Assembly: GCF_032116555.1 (NCBI RefSeq)
Contig: NZ_CP134949.1
Location: 744,001 to 808,000, forward strand
Reading direction: 5' to 3'
Length of the DNA stretch: 64,000 bases
DNA from: Halorarum halobium
GTDB lineage: Archaea; Halobacteriota; Halobacteria; Halobacteriales; Haloferacaceae
Numbering within the stretch: position 1 is the stretch's first letter; each line of letters starts with the position of its first letter. The notes beneath the pieces were generated by a model. The model worked only from the letters and a program-made list of their open reading frames with translations, was not told the DNA's origin and made no database searches. This document shows positions 47,329 through 58,696 of this stretch, piece by piece. Both the position numbers and the translations under genes were made by a program.

Positions 47329-47764
47329 CGACGCCGGCCCCGAATCGAGGCTCCTTCTCCCCGATCCCGTCCGCGAGACGCTCCACGAGCGCGCCGCCGC
47401 CGGCGCGCCCGAGGAGGTCTGTGGCGTCCTCGTCGGCGAGCGCGCACCGTCCGATGCTCGGCGCGAGCGGGCCGACCGCGTCGCCGCGGCCGTCGCCGTC
47501 CCGAACGTCGCCGACGAGCCCGAATCGCGGTACGAACTCGACCCGGCCGAAACCCTCGGAGTCATCGAGGACGCGGAGTCGGCCGGCGACGACATCGTCG
47601 GCTTCTATCACAGCCACCCGCGCGGGCCGGCCGAGCCGTCCGCCATCGACCGCGAGCGAGCGACGTGGCCCGGCCACGTCTACTGCATCCTCACGCGGGA
47701 CGGCCTGGCCGCCTACCGCTGGACCGGCGACGAATTCCGACGGCTCCGGGTCGAGTCGTCGTAG
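47315..47764 (+). CDS. JAMM/MPN+ desampylase-like peptidase
   Basis: PEEVCGVL and VGFYHSHPRGPAEPSAID. Confidence 0.92.
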   Translation: MTSSSDAGPESRLLLPDPVRETLHERAAAGAPEEVCGVLVGERAPSDARRERADRVAAAVAVPNVADEPESRYELDPAETLGVIEDAESAGDDIVGFYHSHPRGPAEPSAIDRERATWPGHVYCILTRDGLAAYRWTGDEFRRLRVESS

Positions 47765-47836
47765 CGTCACCCGGTCCACCCGTCGCCGCGACGACGGGTC
47801 GAAACGCCGTAGTCCCCCCGGCCCCGACCGGGTGAC

Positions 47837-48601
47837 ATGAGCGACGACGCCGACGCAGTCGAGGACGGCAGCGCTGGCGACCCCGCAGGAGCCGGGTCGC
47901 AGACGACCGAGCCGGTGCTGTACGACGACCTCTCGGGACAGGTGGCGCTCGTGACGGGCGCGAACCGCGGCATCGGCCGCGAGATCGCCACGAACCTCCG
48001 CGACCTGGGCGCGACGGTGTACGCAGGCGTGCGGAGCGTCACCTACGACCTGCCGGACGGCGTCCGCCGCGCGACGCTGGACGTGAGCCAGGAGGGCGAC
48101 GTGCAGGACGCGCTGAACACCGTCGGCGAGGAGGCGGGGCGGCTGGACGTCCTCGTCAACAACGCCGCAGTTGGGGGGTCCGGGGAGCCGCTTCACGAGA
48201 CGCGGACGGCCGACCTCGACCACGCCATCTCGGTGAACCTCCGCGGGCCGACGCTGCTGTGCAAGTACGCGCTGCCGCCGCTGTTGAGACAGGAAACGCC
48301 GCGCATCGTGAACGTCTCCTCGGGCATGGGCGCGCTCGACGAGCCACAGTCGGGCGGGTCGCCGGACTATCGCATCACGAAGACCGGGTTGAACGGGTTG
48401 ACGCGCTATCTCGACGGCGAGTACGGGGATCAGGGCCTGATCGCCAACTCGGTCTGTCCGGGCTGGGTCCGGACGGAGATGGGCGGCGAGGAGGCCGACC
48501 GGAGCCCGGCGGAGGGCGCGGCGACGCCGACGTGGCTGGCCCGGTTTCGGGACGGGCCGGGCGGGCTGTTCTGGCGCGACAGGTCCGTCATCGAGTGGTA
48601 G
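47837..48601 (+). CDS. SDR-family oxidoreductase
   Basis: TGANRGIG, NNA, VNVSS, YRITK. Confidence 0.95.
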   Translation: MSDDADAVEDGSAGDPAGAGSQTTEPVLYDDLSGQVALVTGANRGIGREIATNLRDLGATVYAGVRSVTYDLPDGVRRATLDVSQEGDVQDALNTVGEEAGRLDVLVNNAAVGGSGEPLHETRTADLDHAISVNLRGPTLLCKYALPPLLRQETPRIVNVSSGMGALDEPQSGGSPDYRITKTGLNGLTRYLDGEYGDQGLIANSVCPGWVRTEMGGEEADRSPAEGAATPTWLARFRDGPGGLFWRDRSVIEW

Positions 48602-48868
48602 GGGGAGGAGTCGAGTGCTGGCTCGGTGTTCGAGGGACCGTGGTGACGACCACGTACGGCCGCGCGACCGTCTGCTTGCGCATCGATCCGGTCGAAGCGG
48701 TGACCGATCAACCGGACGCGTCGAGCGCCGCGACGGCTTCCGGGGCGATCGAAGCCGCATGGGGGGAAACTGCTTCGACGCTGCGGCTCCGCCTCCGACC
48801 CCACCGCATTCCGGAGACACCGCCCCACAGCCCGGACAGTTAACACGGTTCCCGCAGTGGGACCGGCA

Positions 48869-50494
48869 ATGAGCACGTGGCGTCGTCGAACGATCGCCTA
48901 CCTCGGGGGGCTCGCGGTGGTCATCGTGATTTACACCGTCGCCTACCACGAGGGGATGCGGATCTACGAGGGCGAACGGCAGATGTTCGCCCACTCGCTC
49001 CAGGTCGTCGTCGAGACGTTCACGACGACGGGGTTCGGCTCGGACGCGCCGTGGGACACGACCGAGATGAACCTGCTCGTCGTGGCGATGGACCTCACCG
49101 GGGTGCTGCTCATCTTCATGGCGCTGCCGGCGTTCGTGTTCCCGCTGTTCGAGGAGACGCTCTCGACGACGCCGCCATCCTCCATCGAGGACGTCTCCGA
49201 CCACGTCGTCGTCTGTGCACACACCGCCCGCGGGCGCGTCCTCCGGAACGAACTCGTCGCGTTCGACGTCCCGTACGTGTTCGTCGTCGCCGACGAGAAC
49301 GAGGCGAGCGACCTCCACGACGACGGCGAGCCGGTCGTCCACGGCGACCCCGAGCAGGTGGAGACGCTTCGGGCGGCCGGGGTGGACGAGGCCGCCGCGC
49401 TCGTCGCCGACGCCGACGACGAGACGAACGCGAGCATCGTGCTCTCGGCCCGCGAGGTGTCCGAGGACCTCCAGGTCCTCAGCCTCGTGGAGGACGAGGA
49501 CGTGGCAGACTACCACCGCTACGCCGGAGCCGACGAGGTCGTCTCCCCGCGCCGCGCGCTCGGTCGGAGCCTCGGCGCGAAAGCGACCCAGACGGTCTCG
49601 GACGAACTCGGCGAGGCGATCGAGATCGGCGAGGAGTTCGAGATGGCCGAACTGCTGGTCCACCGCGACAGCCCGCTGGCCGGCAAGACGGTCACGGAGT
49701 CACGGATCGGCGAGCGAACGGGCGCGAACATCGTCGGCGCGTGGGTGCGCGGCGAGTTCGAGTCGCCGCCGGCCCCGGACCGCGTCCTCGACGAGCACAC
49801 GGTCATCCTCGTCGCCGGGCGCAACGAGCAACTGGAGGAACTGAAGCGGCTCACCCTCTCGGAGACGCGCCGTCACCGGCGCGGGCCGATCATCGTGGCC
49901 GGCTACGGCGTCGTCGGCCGGTCCGTCGCCGAGACGCTCGCCTCGACCGACGACGTGGTCGTCGTCGACCTGGAGGACAGGCCCGGCGTGGACGTGGTCG
50001 GCGACGCCACCGAGCGCTCGACCCTCGAGGAGGCGGGCATCGAGGAGGCCCGCGGCGTCGTCATCGCGCTCGGGTCGGATACGACGACGGTGTTCACCGC
50101 GCTCGCCGTCCAGCAGGTCGCGCCCGAGGTCGAGGTCATCGCCCGCGCGAACGACGACGAGAGCGTTCCCAAACTGTATCGTGCGGGCGCCGGCTACGTC
50201 CTCGCGCTCTCGACGGTCTCCGGCCGGATGCTCGCCTCACACCTCCTCGACGAGGACGTGCTCCGCCCGGAGTCCCAGATCGAACTCGTCCGCGTCACCG
50301 CGCCGAAGCTCCGCGGCCAGTCGCTCGCGGACGCGGACGTCCGCGCCCGGACCGGCTGTACGGTCGTCGCCATCGAGCGCGACGGCCGGGTCGTCGGCGA
50401 CGTGGGGCCCGACACGGTCGTCCGGATGGACGACACGGTGGTCGTGACCGGCACGGACGAGGCGGTGGCGCGCTTCGGCGAGCAGTTCGGCTAA
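48869..50494 (+). CDS. potassium channel-type protein with TrkA-N/TrkA-C domains
   Basis: ETFTTTGFG pore motif; two RCK units. Confidence 0.93.
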   Translation: MSTWRRRTIAYLGGLAVVIVIYTVAYHEGMRIYEGERQMFAHSLQVVVETFTTTGFGSDAPWDTTEMNLLVVAMDLTGVLLIFMALPAFVFPLFEETLSTTPPSSIEDVSDHVVVCAHTARGRVLRNELVAFDVPYVFVVADENEASDLHDDGEPVVHGDPEQVETLRAAGVDEAAALVADADDETNASIVLSAREVSEDLQVLSLVEDEDVADYHRYAGADEVVSPRRALGRSLGAKATQTVSDELGEAIEIGEEFEMAELLVHRDSPLAGKTVTESRIGERTGANIVGAWVRGEFESPPAPDRVLDEHTVILVAGRNEQLEELKRLTLSETRRHRRGPIIVAGYGVVGRSVAETLASTDDVVVVDLEDRPGVDVVGDATERSTLEEAGIEEARGVVIALGSDTTTVFTALAVQQVAPEVEVIARANDDESVPKLYRAGAGYVLALSTVSGRMLASHLLDEDVLRPESQIELVRVTAPKLRGQSLADADVRARTGCTVVAIERDGRVVGDVGPDTVVRMDDTVVVTGTDEAVARFGEQFG

Positions 50495-50515
50495 CCGTGA
50501 CGGAGCCACGGTCGT

Positions 50516-50998
50516 TCAGTCGTCTCCCGGGGCCGGCTCCAGGTGACATCGCTCCGCGGAGGGGCCGTCGGGTTCTTCACCCGGCTCGATCAGGAAGGCG
50601 AGTCGTTCTCCCTCCCAGCCGTCGTAGAGGACGTGGACGAGGACGTGTTCGGGACTCCCATCGACCCCCTCGTCGACGGACTGGGACACCCACTCGCCGC
50701 CTTCGAGCCTGGCGGCGACGACGTACGACCCGGACGTGTCCATCCAGGGACAGGCTCCCTGGGTTCCGGAAACGGACTCCCCGTCTCCCCCGAGGTCGTG
50801 TGCGGACTCGTGGACGACCGTCCCGTCCCGGTGGACGCGGATCTCGAACCGATGGGACGAGTCACCGAGGTTCGTGAGACCGAGCCGGACCAGTTTCGTC
50901 CCCGGATCCGGATACTCGACGGGGAAGCCAGTACACCCGACCGTCGGGATGGTCACCGCACAGCCCAGAGTGCCCAGGATCGAGCGGCGAGTTCGCAT
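50516..50998 (-). CDS. putative Tat lipoprotein
   Basis: MRTRRSILGTLG...VGC. Confidence 0.75.
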   Translation of the reverse strand: MRTRRSILGTLGCAVTIPTVGCTGFPVEYPDPGTKLVRLGLTNLGDSSHRFEIRVHRDGTVVHESAHDLGGDGESVSGTQGACPWMDTSGSYVVAARLEGGEWVSQSVDEGVDGSPEHVLVHVLYDGWEGERLAFLIEPGEEPDGPSAERCHLEPAPGDD

Positions 50999-51421
50999 GG
51001 GAGGAGCACGGGAGCGGACGAACGCCGCGCTGATAACGGTACTCCATTCCGGCCGAGAGGGGACAGATCCGGCCCGTTCGGGGACGCCAACGGGACCGAA
51101 CGGGACGGGCGGTCGCGACCGGGGACCCTGCCGGGGCAGCGGCCGGCGCGAGAACGTGGTCAGCGGCCAATCCGAGGACGTGGGCCGCGGCGCACCCGAG
51201 GACGTGGACCGTGGCCCATCCGGGGACGTGGCCTGCGGTCGACGCGAGCGGTTCGGGTCGAATCCATCGGCTGCCGGCGTCAGTCGGGACCGGAGGCGAC
51301 GCTGGAACGCCGGAACCGGGTGTCCAGCCGTCCGGCCACTCGCGGGAGCACTCCGTGAGCCGGGGAGTCCCGTCGGTTCCGCCTCCCGCACGTTTTTGCG
51401 CGCTCCGCTCACAGGTGGCCC

Positions 51422-52219
51422 ATGACGCTCTCGCTGCCCGAACTCGGCCTCGGCACGTCCGGCAACGACGACCCCGAACGCTGTGCCGAGACGGTCGCGC
51501 GCGCCCTCGAGGCCGGCTACCGACACGTCGACACGGCACAGATGTACGACAACGAAGCCGCCGTCGGCGCGGGCATCGCCCGCGCTGACGTGCCCCGCGA
51601 GGAGGTCGTGCTGGCGACGAAGATCCACCCGGACGACCTCGCGTACGAGGACGCCAAACGCACGGCCCGGGAGTCGCTCGACCGCCTCGGCGTCGACTCG
51701 GTCGACATGCTGTACGTCCACTGGCCGACCTCGGCGTACGACCCCGAGGCGACGCTGCGCGCCATGGACGAACTCCACGACGAGGGCGTCTGTGACCACG
51801 TCTGCCTCTCGAACTTCACCCCGGCGCTGCTCGACGAGGCCCGCGGCCTGCTCGACGCCCCGGTCGCCGCCCACCAGGTCGAGTGCCACCCGCGCCTCCG
51901 GCAGGACGACCTGCGCGAGTACGCTCGGGAACACGGCCACTACCTCGTCGGCTACTCCCCGCTCGGGAAGGGCGAACTGCTCGAGGACCCGGTCCTCACC
52001 GATATCGCCGGGAAGCACGACACGACGACCGCGGCGGTCTGTCTCGCCTGGGCGCTCGCGGGGGACGTGCTCGTCCCCATCCCGAAGGGCACCGGCGACC
52101 ACGTCGAGGCGAACCTGGCGGCGCGGGACCTCGAACTCGACGATGCGGACCTCGAGCGAATCGAGGAACTGGAGGAGAAGCGCTTCATCGACCCGGACTC
52201 GGCCGCCTGGAACCGGTAA
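51422..52219 (+). CDS. aldo/keto reductase
   Basis: GYRHVDTAQMY, LATK, YVHWP, YSPL, IPK. Confidence 0.95.
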   Translation: MTLSLPELGLGTSGNDDPERCAETVARALEAGYRHVDTAQMYDNEAAVGAGIARADVPREEVVLATKIHPDDLAYEDAKRTARESLDRLGVDSVDMLYVHWPTSAYDPEATLRAMDELHDEGVCDHVCLSNFTPALLDEARGLLDAPVAAHQVECHPRLRQDDLREYAREHGHYLVGYSPLGKGELLEDPVLTDIAGKHDTTTAAVCLAWALAGDVLVPIPKGTGDHVEANLAARDLELDDADLERIEELEEKRFIDPDSAAWNR

Positions 52220-52267
52220 CTCGTCGGGCGTCCCACGGCCGCTTTCAGCACCGTGGGAGGGCGGGAC

Positions 52268-53388
52268 CTACCGATTCGAGTCGCCCCCGAGCGTGGCCCG
52301 CCCGGAGGGCGACCCGTCGGCGGACCGGGCCGCTCCCGCAGTTCCGGGCTCCCGAACGGTGACGTCCCGTTGCGGGAACGGGATCTCGATGGCGGCCTCC
52401 CGGAGCGCGTCGTAGATGCCGCGGTTCAGCCGGTGTGTCGCCTTCGCGCTGCGGGTCGGCGAGGCGACCCAGCAGAGCAGTTCGTACTCCAGGGCCGAGT
52501 CGCCGAACGCGCGGAGGCGCATCCGCGGCCGCGGCGAGTCGAGCACGAGCGACTCCCCCGTCGCCACGTCGAGCACGACCGCCTCGAACTCGTCGAGGTC
52601 GGTGCCGTAGGCGATCCCGATCGGGACTCGGATGCGCCGACGGCGGCCGGGCGCGGACTGGTTGATTACCTTCGCGGAGTTGAGCACGGAGTTGGGGACC
52701 GTCACGAGCACCTCGTCGCGGGTCTGGAGCGTCGTCGAGCGCACGCCGACCTTCACGACCGTCCCGGCCTCGCCCGAGTCGAGTTCGACGTAGTCGCCGA
52801 CGCGGTACGTGTCGTCGAAGTAGAGCGCGTGCCGCCGAAGAAGTTGGCGACGGTGTCCTTCGCGGCGAACCCGACCGCGATGCCGGCGATGCCCGCGCCC
52901 GCGAGCAGCGGCGAGACGTCGATCTCCCAGATCGAGAGGACGAGCGCCAGCGCGCCGACGATGACGACCAGCGTCCAGACGTTCGAGATGACGGGCGCGA
53001 AGTCGTACCGGGCGCCGGCGTCCCGGAGGTGGTCGACCGTGCGGTTGACGACGTCGTTGAGCGCCCAGGCCCACAGCAGCACGACGGTCGTGAGCGCCGG
53101 GCGGCCGAAGTAGAACTCCAGCGACTCGGCCGTCACCGGCACGGCGGCGACGATGGTCGGGAGCCTGGTGAGCGCGAACACCCCGACGAGCGCGAAGGTG
53201 AGCACGAGCGGGAGCCTGAGCGAGTCGAGGACGAGTTCGTCGAGTTCCGTCTCCGTCCGGACGACGAGTCGCCGGGCGGCCCGGACGACGACGAACTCGG
53301 TGAGCACGGCAGCGCCGAGCGAGGCGACGAGCACGGCGGCGGCCGCCTGCCACGGCGGAAGCGCGGCCAGCGTCGAGACGAGATTCAT
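52268..53388 (-). pseudogene. MscS mechanosensitive channel with 1-bp frameshift near 52829 (or sequencing error)
   Basis: GFAAKDTVANFFGG continues as ALYFDDTYRVGD...VTVPNS in another frame. Confidence 0.88.
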
Positions 53389-53471
53389 GCCGCTCGGAGG
53401 CCGGCTACGGACATATACCTTCCCGGTCGCCCGCCCGTCACTTTATCCGGGAGAGCGACGAACGTCGCGGG

Positions 53472-53966
53472 GTGCATCGCACGGGACACCTCGGCGTCGC
53501 GCTGCTGCTGTTCGGACCGATCGGCCACGCGCTCGTCGCCGGCGGCTACCACGCGCTGGCGCTGCTCGTCGCCGCGGCGATGGTCCCGCTCGCGACGCTG
53601 CCCGATCTGGATCTCCTCGTTCCCGGGCTGACCCACCGGACGGTGACCCACTCGCTCGCCTTCGCGGTGTTCGTGGGCGGTCTCGTCGCCGCGGCCGCCT
53701 CGGTCGTGGTGCCGCTGCCGTCGGTGGCGGCGCCGGCGACGCTCCCGCCGGCGACGGCCGGGTTCCTGCTCGGGTTCGGGACGGTGCTGGCCCACCTGCT
53801 CGCGGACGTGATCACCCCGCTCGGGGTACCGTTCCTCTGGCCGTACCCGCGCCGGTGGTCGCTGAACGTCGTCCCGTCGAGCGATCCGACCTGGAACGTC
53901 GGGTTGCTCGCGGTCGGCATCGTCGTCGCGGGCGGTTCGATCTGGTCGGCGCTCGGGGTCACCTGA
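53472..53966 (+). CDS. YdjM-like membrane metal-dependent hydrolase
   Basis: GH, LPDLD, HRTVTHS, HLLADVITPLG. Confidence 0.9.
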   Translation: MHRTGHLGVALLLFGPIGHALVAGGYHALALLVAAAMVPLATLPDLDLLVPGLTHRTVTHSLAFAVFVGGLVAAAASVVVPLPSVAAPATLPPATAGFLLGFGTVLAHLLADVITPLGVPFLWPYPRRWSLNVVPSSDPTWNVGLLAVGIVVAGGSIWSALGVT

Positions 53967-54068
53967 TCACGGGTTCGGTCGCGTCCGTGAACGGCGAGTG
54001 CCGGCTTCGGTGGACGAACCGAGGCCGACACTTTTTGCCACGTCTCACCGAACCCACGAACAGCAGCC

Positions 54069-54674
54069 ATGAGCGACCAGAGCGCGGCCGAGCCCACCCT
54101 GAACGAGGACGCACAGCGACGGTTCCCGGTGCCGGCCTACGGGGACCTGCCCGAGGACCTCCGGGAGCGGATCGACGAGGAGACCGAACGCGCCGGATTC
54201 ACCCCGAACGTGTTCGCCGCGCTGGGGTACAAACCGAGCCACTTCCGGGCGTTCATGGCGTTCCACGACGCGCTGGTCGAGGACACCGACCTCGACCGCG
54301 AGGAGGTCGAGATGATCATCGTCGCGGTCTCGGGCCGGAACCACTGTCTCTACTGCAACGTCGCCCACGGCGCGCTGGTCCGCATCTACGCGAAGGACCC
54401 CCACCTGGCCGACCAGCTCGTCTCGAACTACCGGACCGCCGACGTGAGCGACGCGCGGATGGCGATGCTCGAGGTGGCAGTCAAACTGACCGAGGAGCCC
54501 GACGGCGTCACCGGGGCGGACCTCGACATGCTGCTGGAAGCGGGGTACAGCCGGGAGGAGGTGTGGGACGTCGGCGCGGTCGCGGCGTTCTTCAACTTCA
54601 GCAACCGGATGGCGACGTTCGCGGACTGGCGGCCGAACGAGGAGTTCTACGCGCTCGGCCGCGGCGGGGAGTAG
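54069..54674 (+). CDS. AhpD-like peroxidase-related protein
   Basis: GFTPNVF, NHCLYCNVAHG, FFNFSNR. Confidence 0.92.
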   Translation: MSDQSAAEPTLNEDAQRRFPVPAYGDLPEDLRERIDEETERAGFTPNVFAALGYKPSHFRAFMAFHDALVEDTDLDREEVEMIIVAVSGRNHCLYCNVAHGALVRIYAKDPHLADQLVSNYRTADVSDARMAMLEVAVKLTEEPDGVTGADLDMLLEAGYSREEVWDVGAVAAFFNFSNRMATFADWRPNEEFYALGRGGE

Positions 54675-54754
54675 GGACGCTCGCGGGCGTCGGACGGGTC
54701 CGTTTCACGGCCGCCACGCCGGGAGTCAGTCGGGCCCGCGACGGGCAGGGTCGG

Positions 54755-55594
54755 CTACTCCGCTTGCGAACCGGCGGTGCCGGGGTCGTCGTGGGGCACC
54801 AGGCCGGTCGCCATCAGCCGGCGCACGATGACGACGAGCCCGTTGTCGAACCCGCGCCCGAACACCGCCTGCTCGCGTCCCTCTCCGTCGGTCCCGGTCC
54901 GGTGGCCCGAGCTCACGAGGATGGTGGACCGGTCCACGAGGAGCAGCCGCGTGATCTCCGTGTCGTCGTCGGTGCCCGCCGCGGCACTGAGCCAGTCCAG
55001 CCCGGAGACGAACACCTCCGCGCCCGGGACGACGTCCCTGATCCGCTCGCGGAGCGCCTCGTCGACGGTCCCGAGGACGACGTCGACGCCCCGCTCTTGG
55101 GCCTCCCTGAGGCGCTCGGCGAGTTCGTCGGTCAACACCGCATCGTCGCCGACGACCATGACGAGTTCCCCCTCGGCCTCGTCGATCAGCCCTTGGGTCC
55201 GGTTCGTGATCGTGTTCTCGCCCGAGAGCGCCCACACCTCGTGGGAGACTTCGGCGTCGTCGTCGTTGGTCGCCGGGTCGACCCCGCGGAGCGCCTCCAC
55301 GAGGACGTCGGTCCGCGACTCGTACTCGCGCCGGAGCGTCGCCGCCGCCTCGTCGATCGAGACCGCGCGGAACCGCTGCGGGCTGGAGTGCTGGACGTCG
55401 ACGAGCCCCTTCGTTTCGAGCACCCGGACCGCGTCGTAGACGCGCGTCCGGGGCACGTCGGAGATCTCGCTGATCTCCTTTGCCGTCCCCCCGGACAGCC
55501 GCGAGAGCGCCACGAACGCCTTCGCCTCGTACTCCTTGAGCCCGAGCTGCTGGAGCAGTTCGATCGCCTGCTGTTGATTCGTGAGTTCTTCCAT
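54755..55594 (-). CDS. TrmB-family regulator
   Basis: LGLKEYEAK...VPRTRVYD. Confidence 0.93.
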   Translation of the reverse strand: MEELTNQQQAIELLQQLGLKEYEAKAFVALSRLSGGTAKEISEISDVPRTRVYDAVRVLETKGLVDVQHSSPQRFRAVSIDEAAATLRREYESRTDVLVEALRGVDPATNDDDAEVSHEVWALSGENTITNRTQGLIDEAEGELVMVVGDDAVLTDELAERLREAQERGVDVVLGTVDEALRERIRDVVPGAEVFVSGLDWLSAAAGTDDDTEITRLLLVDRSTILVSSGHRTGTDGEGREQAVFGRGFDNGLVVIVRRLMATGLVPHDDPGTAGSQAE

Positions 55595-55980
55595 GGGTCC
55601 CAACCATCGCCACCGGCGACCGGTAGCACGTCTGGACACTGCGGCTCCCAGCGGAAAGGGGTTTCCGCTCGTTTAGTGCAGTGACGAGTGACAGCTGGCT
55701 CCTCCAGAGCGACCTTTCAGACCGGCACGACTGTTGGCGTCGTGGCGTCGACAGGTATTGTGACTGCAGGAGTGACAGAACAGAAAGACGATTGTAGGCC
55801 CGTCAACCGTCCGAAATCGATTGAAAGAACATTCACTCAGTTACTCACAATACAAATATACGCCGGGCGACGAAACGGTCCGCTGGCGCACGGCTCCGGG
55901 ACGGGTCCCAACCTCTCCAGTGCTGTGCGTCGTGCCTCCCCGACGGGGAGGTTTCACACACGAGAGGAGGAAGTGGACAC

Positions 55981-56781
55981 ATGGCTCCCGATTCCACGGA
56001 CGAACCGCGGTCGGTCGTGCTGGAGCAACTCGAGGCGTTCGGGCTGAGCGCCTACGCCGTGCGGACGTTCGCCGCGCTGGTCAGCCTCGGCGACGGAACG
56101 GCCCAGGACGTGAGCGACGTGGCTGACGTGCCGCGGACCCGGGTGTACGACGCGGTCGAGGAGCTTCGGACGCGGCGACTGGTCGACGTCCAGCAGTCGA
56201 CGCCCAAGCGGTTCTGGCCCATCTCTTCGGAGACCGCCGGCAGGCAGTTCGACCGGGAGTACTCGTATCGCGTCGACGCGCTGGTGGCGGCACTCGACGA
56301 ACTCGAGCCGATCACCCGGTCGGAGGAACAGCGCGGCGTCTGGACGGTCACCGGTCGCCGGACCGTCTCCGATCGGGTCGTCGAGTTCATCGAGTCGGCC
56401 GAGGAGTAGGTCGTGTTCATGACCGTGACGGAGCTGTTGACAGAGGACGTCATCGAGGCGCTAGCCTCGGCGAGCGCGCGCGGCGTCCCCATCAAGGTGG
56501 GCGAGATGTCCGACTCCGTCGAGAACGAGATCGGCGAGGAGCTGCTGGACGCGGAACTGTTCGACTCGCTGTGGGAGTGGTCGGACACCCCCGCCGGGCG
56601 GCTCCTGATGATCGACACGCGAAAGACGCTCGCGAGCGTCCTCGCCGAGAGCGACTCGGGTCCGTCGGCGGAAGCGGTGGAGGAAACGGCCATCTGGAGG
56701 TCCGGCACGAAAAACAGCCTGGTCACCGTCCTCAGGGCCGTGTTCACCTGGAAACTCGATGGCACGCGGGCAGGGGAGTGA
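55981..56781 (+). pseudogene. TrmB-family regulator with in-frame TAG at 56407-56409
   Basis: VPRTRVYD HTH; SAEE*VVFMTV continues in frame to AGRLLMID. Confidence 0.85.
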
Positions 56782-56912
56782 TGTTACCCGGATTCTCACA
56801 AAACCTCTTTACCCGTTCATACCCTGCAATGTACTCAGGTGGGACCCGCACGGACGGTGGTGGCCGATTATCCCGGATGCCATGGCCGTCTCCTTACCGG
56901 AAGATCACAATC

Positions 56913-57248
56913 ATGGACGATCACGAACTACCCGTCGACACTGACGTATCGGAGCCGATCTCGCCCCCTGGACCGGATACTGCCGACGACACCTACCGGA
57001 GCCAGTGCCCCGAGGACGCGACGGTCGGCGTGGGCGTCGTCGAGGCCGTGGCGTCCGCGACCGGCCGGGACCCCCTGGACCTGCCGTCGCTCGAGCACCA
57101 CGTCGACAGCGAGGCCCTGGACGCGCTCGTCGAATCGGCGGCGGCCGGGAGCGACCTTCGCGTCTCGTTCGACTACGCCGGGGTCGACGTCGTCGTCCGT
57201 GCGGGCGGCGAGATCGTGGCCTCGTTCCGACGAGTCGGTCCCGCGTGA
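56913..57248 (+). CDS. HalOD1 output-domain protein
   Basis: VVEAVASATGRDPLDLPSLEHHVDSEALDAL...VSFDYAG. Confidence 0.88.
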   Translation: MDDHELPVDTDVSEPISPPGPDTADDTYRSQCPEDATVGVGVVEAVASATGRDPLDLPSLEHHVDSEALDALVESAAAGSDLRVSFDYAGVDVVVRAGGEIVASFRRVGPA

Positions 57249-57266
57249 CGCGGGTCGACCGATCGG

Positions 57267-57605
57267 TCACGGGACGACGTGCTCGTCCGTGAAGACGGTC
57301 AAGAGCGCGTCGAGCGCGTCCCCGCCCTGATACCGGATCGTCCCGCTCCGGGCGTCGAACTCGACGACGCCGGCGCCCCTCAATTTCGGGAGATGAACGT
57401 GGTGTAACTCGACCCGTAGCCGTTCGCCCGGCGCGTTCACGGCCGGTTCACCCGGGCCGTCCAGCGCCATCCGATCGACGAGTTCCCGGACCGAGATCGC
57501 CCCGTCCTCCTTTTCGACCAGGTGGCGGAGGATCCGTCGTCTCGTTCGGTCGGCCAGCAGTTCCAGAGCGACGTCGGTCGAGAGGTCCGGTTCGGTGGTC
57601 GTCAT
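57267..57605 (-). CDS. ArsR-like winged-helix protein
   Basis: LLADRTRRRIL...ELHHVHLPKL. Confidence 0.85.
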   Translation of the reverse strand: MTTTEPDLSTDVALELLADRTRRRILRHLVEKEDGAISVRELVDRMALDGPGEPAVNAPGERLRVELHHVHLPKLRGAGVVEFDARSGTIRYQGGDALDALLTVFTDEHVVP

Positions 57606-57743
57606 GGGGTGTACGACCATGCCCACCCTCAACCGTGCTATTTGTGAACATGGGTGGTCGAAAGGTGCCCCTCCGCAGGGAAGACACCCACGTTCACCCG
57701 AATCGTCACCACAGCGTGGGTGACCCCCCGAGGCCGCGGCGGC

Positions 57744-58595
57744 TCAGAACACGCCGAGCAGGAAGCCCACACCCATGACCCCGAGCACCGCCGCCGAGAC
57801 GGTCGGGAAGTGCTCGGCGTAGCGCTCCATCCGCTCCTCGAAGCGCTCGTAGCCCGCGACGAGCGCGAGCGTCAGGGCGGTGATGACCCCGACGACCGTG
57901 AGCGCGTACGCGAGCATCAGGCCGAGACAGTGGTCCGACCCGGCGCAGATGGCGATGATCTCGAACTCCTCCTCGTGGGCGAACCCGAGGACGAACGCCG
58001 AGACGGCGATGCCGGAGAGCCCCTCGTCGGCCGAGAGCGACCCGTGGCCGTGCGAGCGCCCCTCGTCCGGGGTCGCCTGCTCGGACGGACCGTCGTCGCC
58101 CTCGACGGCCGTGACGCTCACGGCGTCGTGAAGTCGACCGGGCCCGGTCGCGTCCCCGTCGTGTTCGTGGGTGCGTTTCGTCTCGTCGTGGGAGTGGCCG
58201 CCGCCGTGCCCGTGACCGTCCCCGTGGGAGTGCCCGTCGCCGCCGTGCGAGTGGCCGCCCCCGCGGTACTCGCGGACCGCGAGCAGGAGCAGGAGGACGC
58301 CGGCGACGACGCCGACGGGCGAGCCGATCTGGACGCCCGCGACCCGCAGCGATTCGTTCAGCCCCTCCGGGTTCAACTGCGCCTTCAGCAGGAAGAAGGC
58401 GAGGACGACGGCCAGGCTGGAAATCAGGTGGCCGACGCCGATGACGAGGCCCGCGACGAGCCCCGACAGCCAGGCGTTCGTCCGGTCGAACGCGTACGCC
58501 GCCGCGATGGGCCAGCCGTGGCCGGGTTCCGCGCCGTGGACCGCGCCGAGCGCGAGCGCCCCGAGCAGCAGCCCCGGGGCGACGTCGTGGAGCAT
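57744..58595 (-). CDS. Ni/Co transporter (RcnA/NicO-like) with His-rich loop
   Basis: GAVHGAEPGHGWP, His/Gly/Asp loop, LGFAHEE. Confidence 0.85.
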   Translation of the reverse strand: MLHDVAPGLLLGALALGAVHGAEPGHGWPIAAAYAFDRTNAWLSGLVAGLVIGVGHLISSLAVVLAFFLLKAQLNPEGLNESLRVAGVQIGSPVGVVAGVLLLLLAVREYRGGGHSHGGDGHSHGDGHGHGGGHSHDETKRTHEHDGDATGPGRLHDAVSVTAVEGDDGPSEQATPDEGRSHGHGSLSADEGLSGIAVSAFVLGFAHEEEFEIIAICAGSDHCLGLMLAYALTVVGVITALTLALVAGYERFEERMERYAEHFPTVSAAVLGVMGVGFLLGVF

Positions 58596-58696
58596 GGACG
58601 GTGCTCGGCGTCGCCCGGGCAAGAGGGCTGTTATGACCCGATCGCGGGGTGCGTAATACCGAAACGCCGAACCGCCGGGAGGACGGAGTTGCGGGC

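Noticed and set aside
47315..47764. Link between host JAMM gene and the element's TM-JAB genes
   Set aside because: It is a typical cytosolic desampylase-like gene in host context, overlapping idi.
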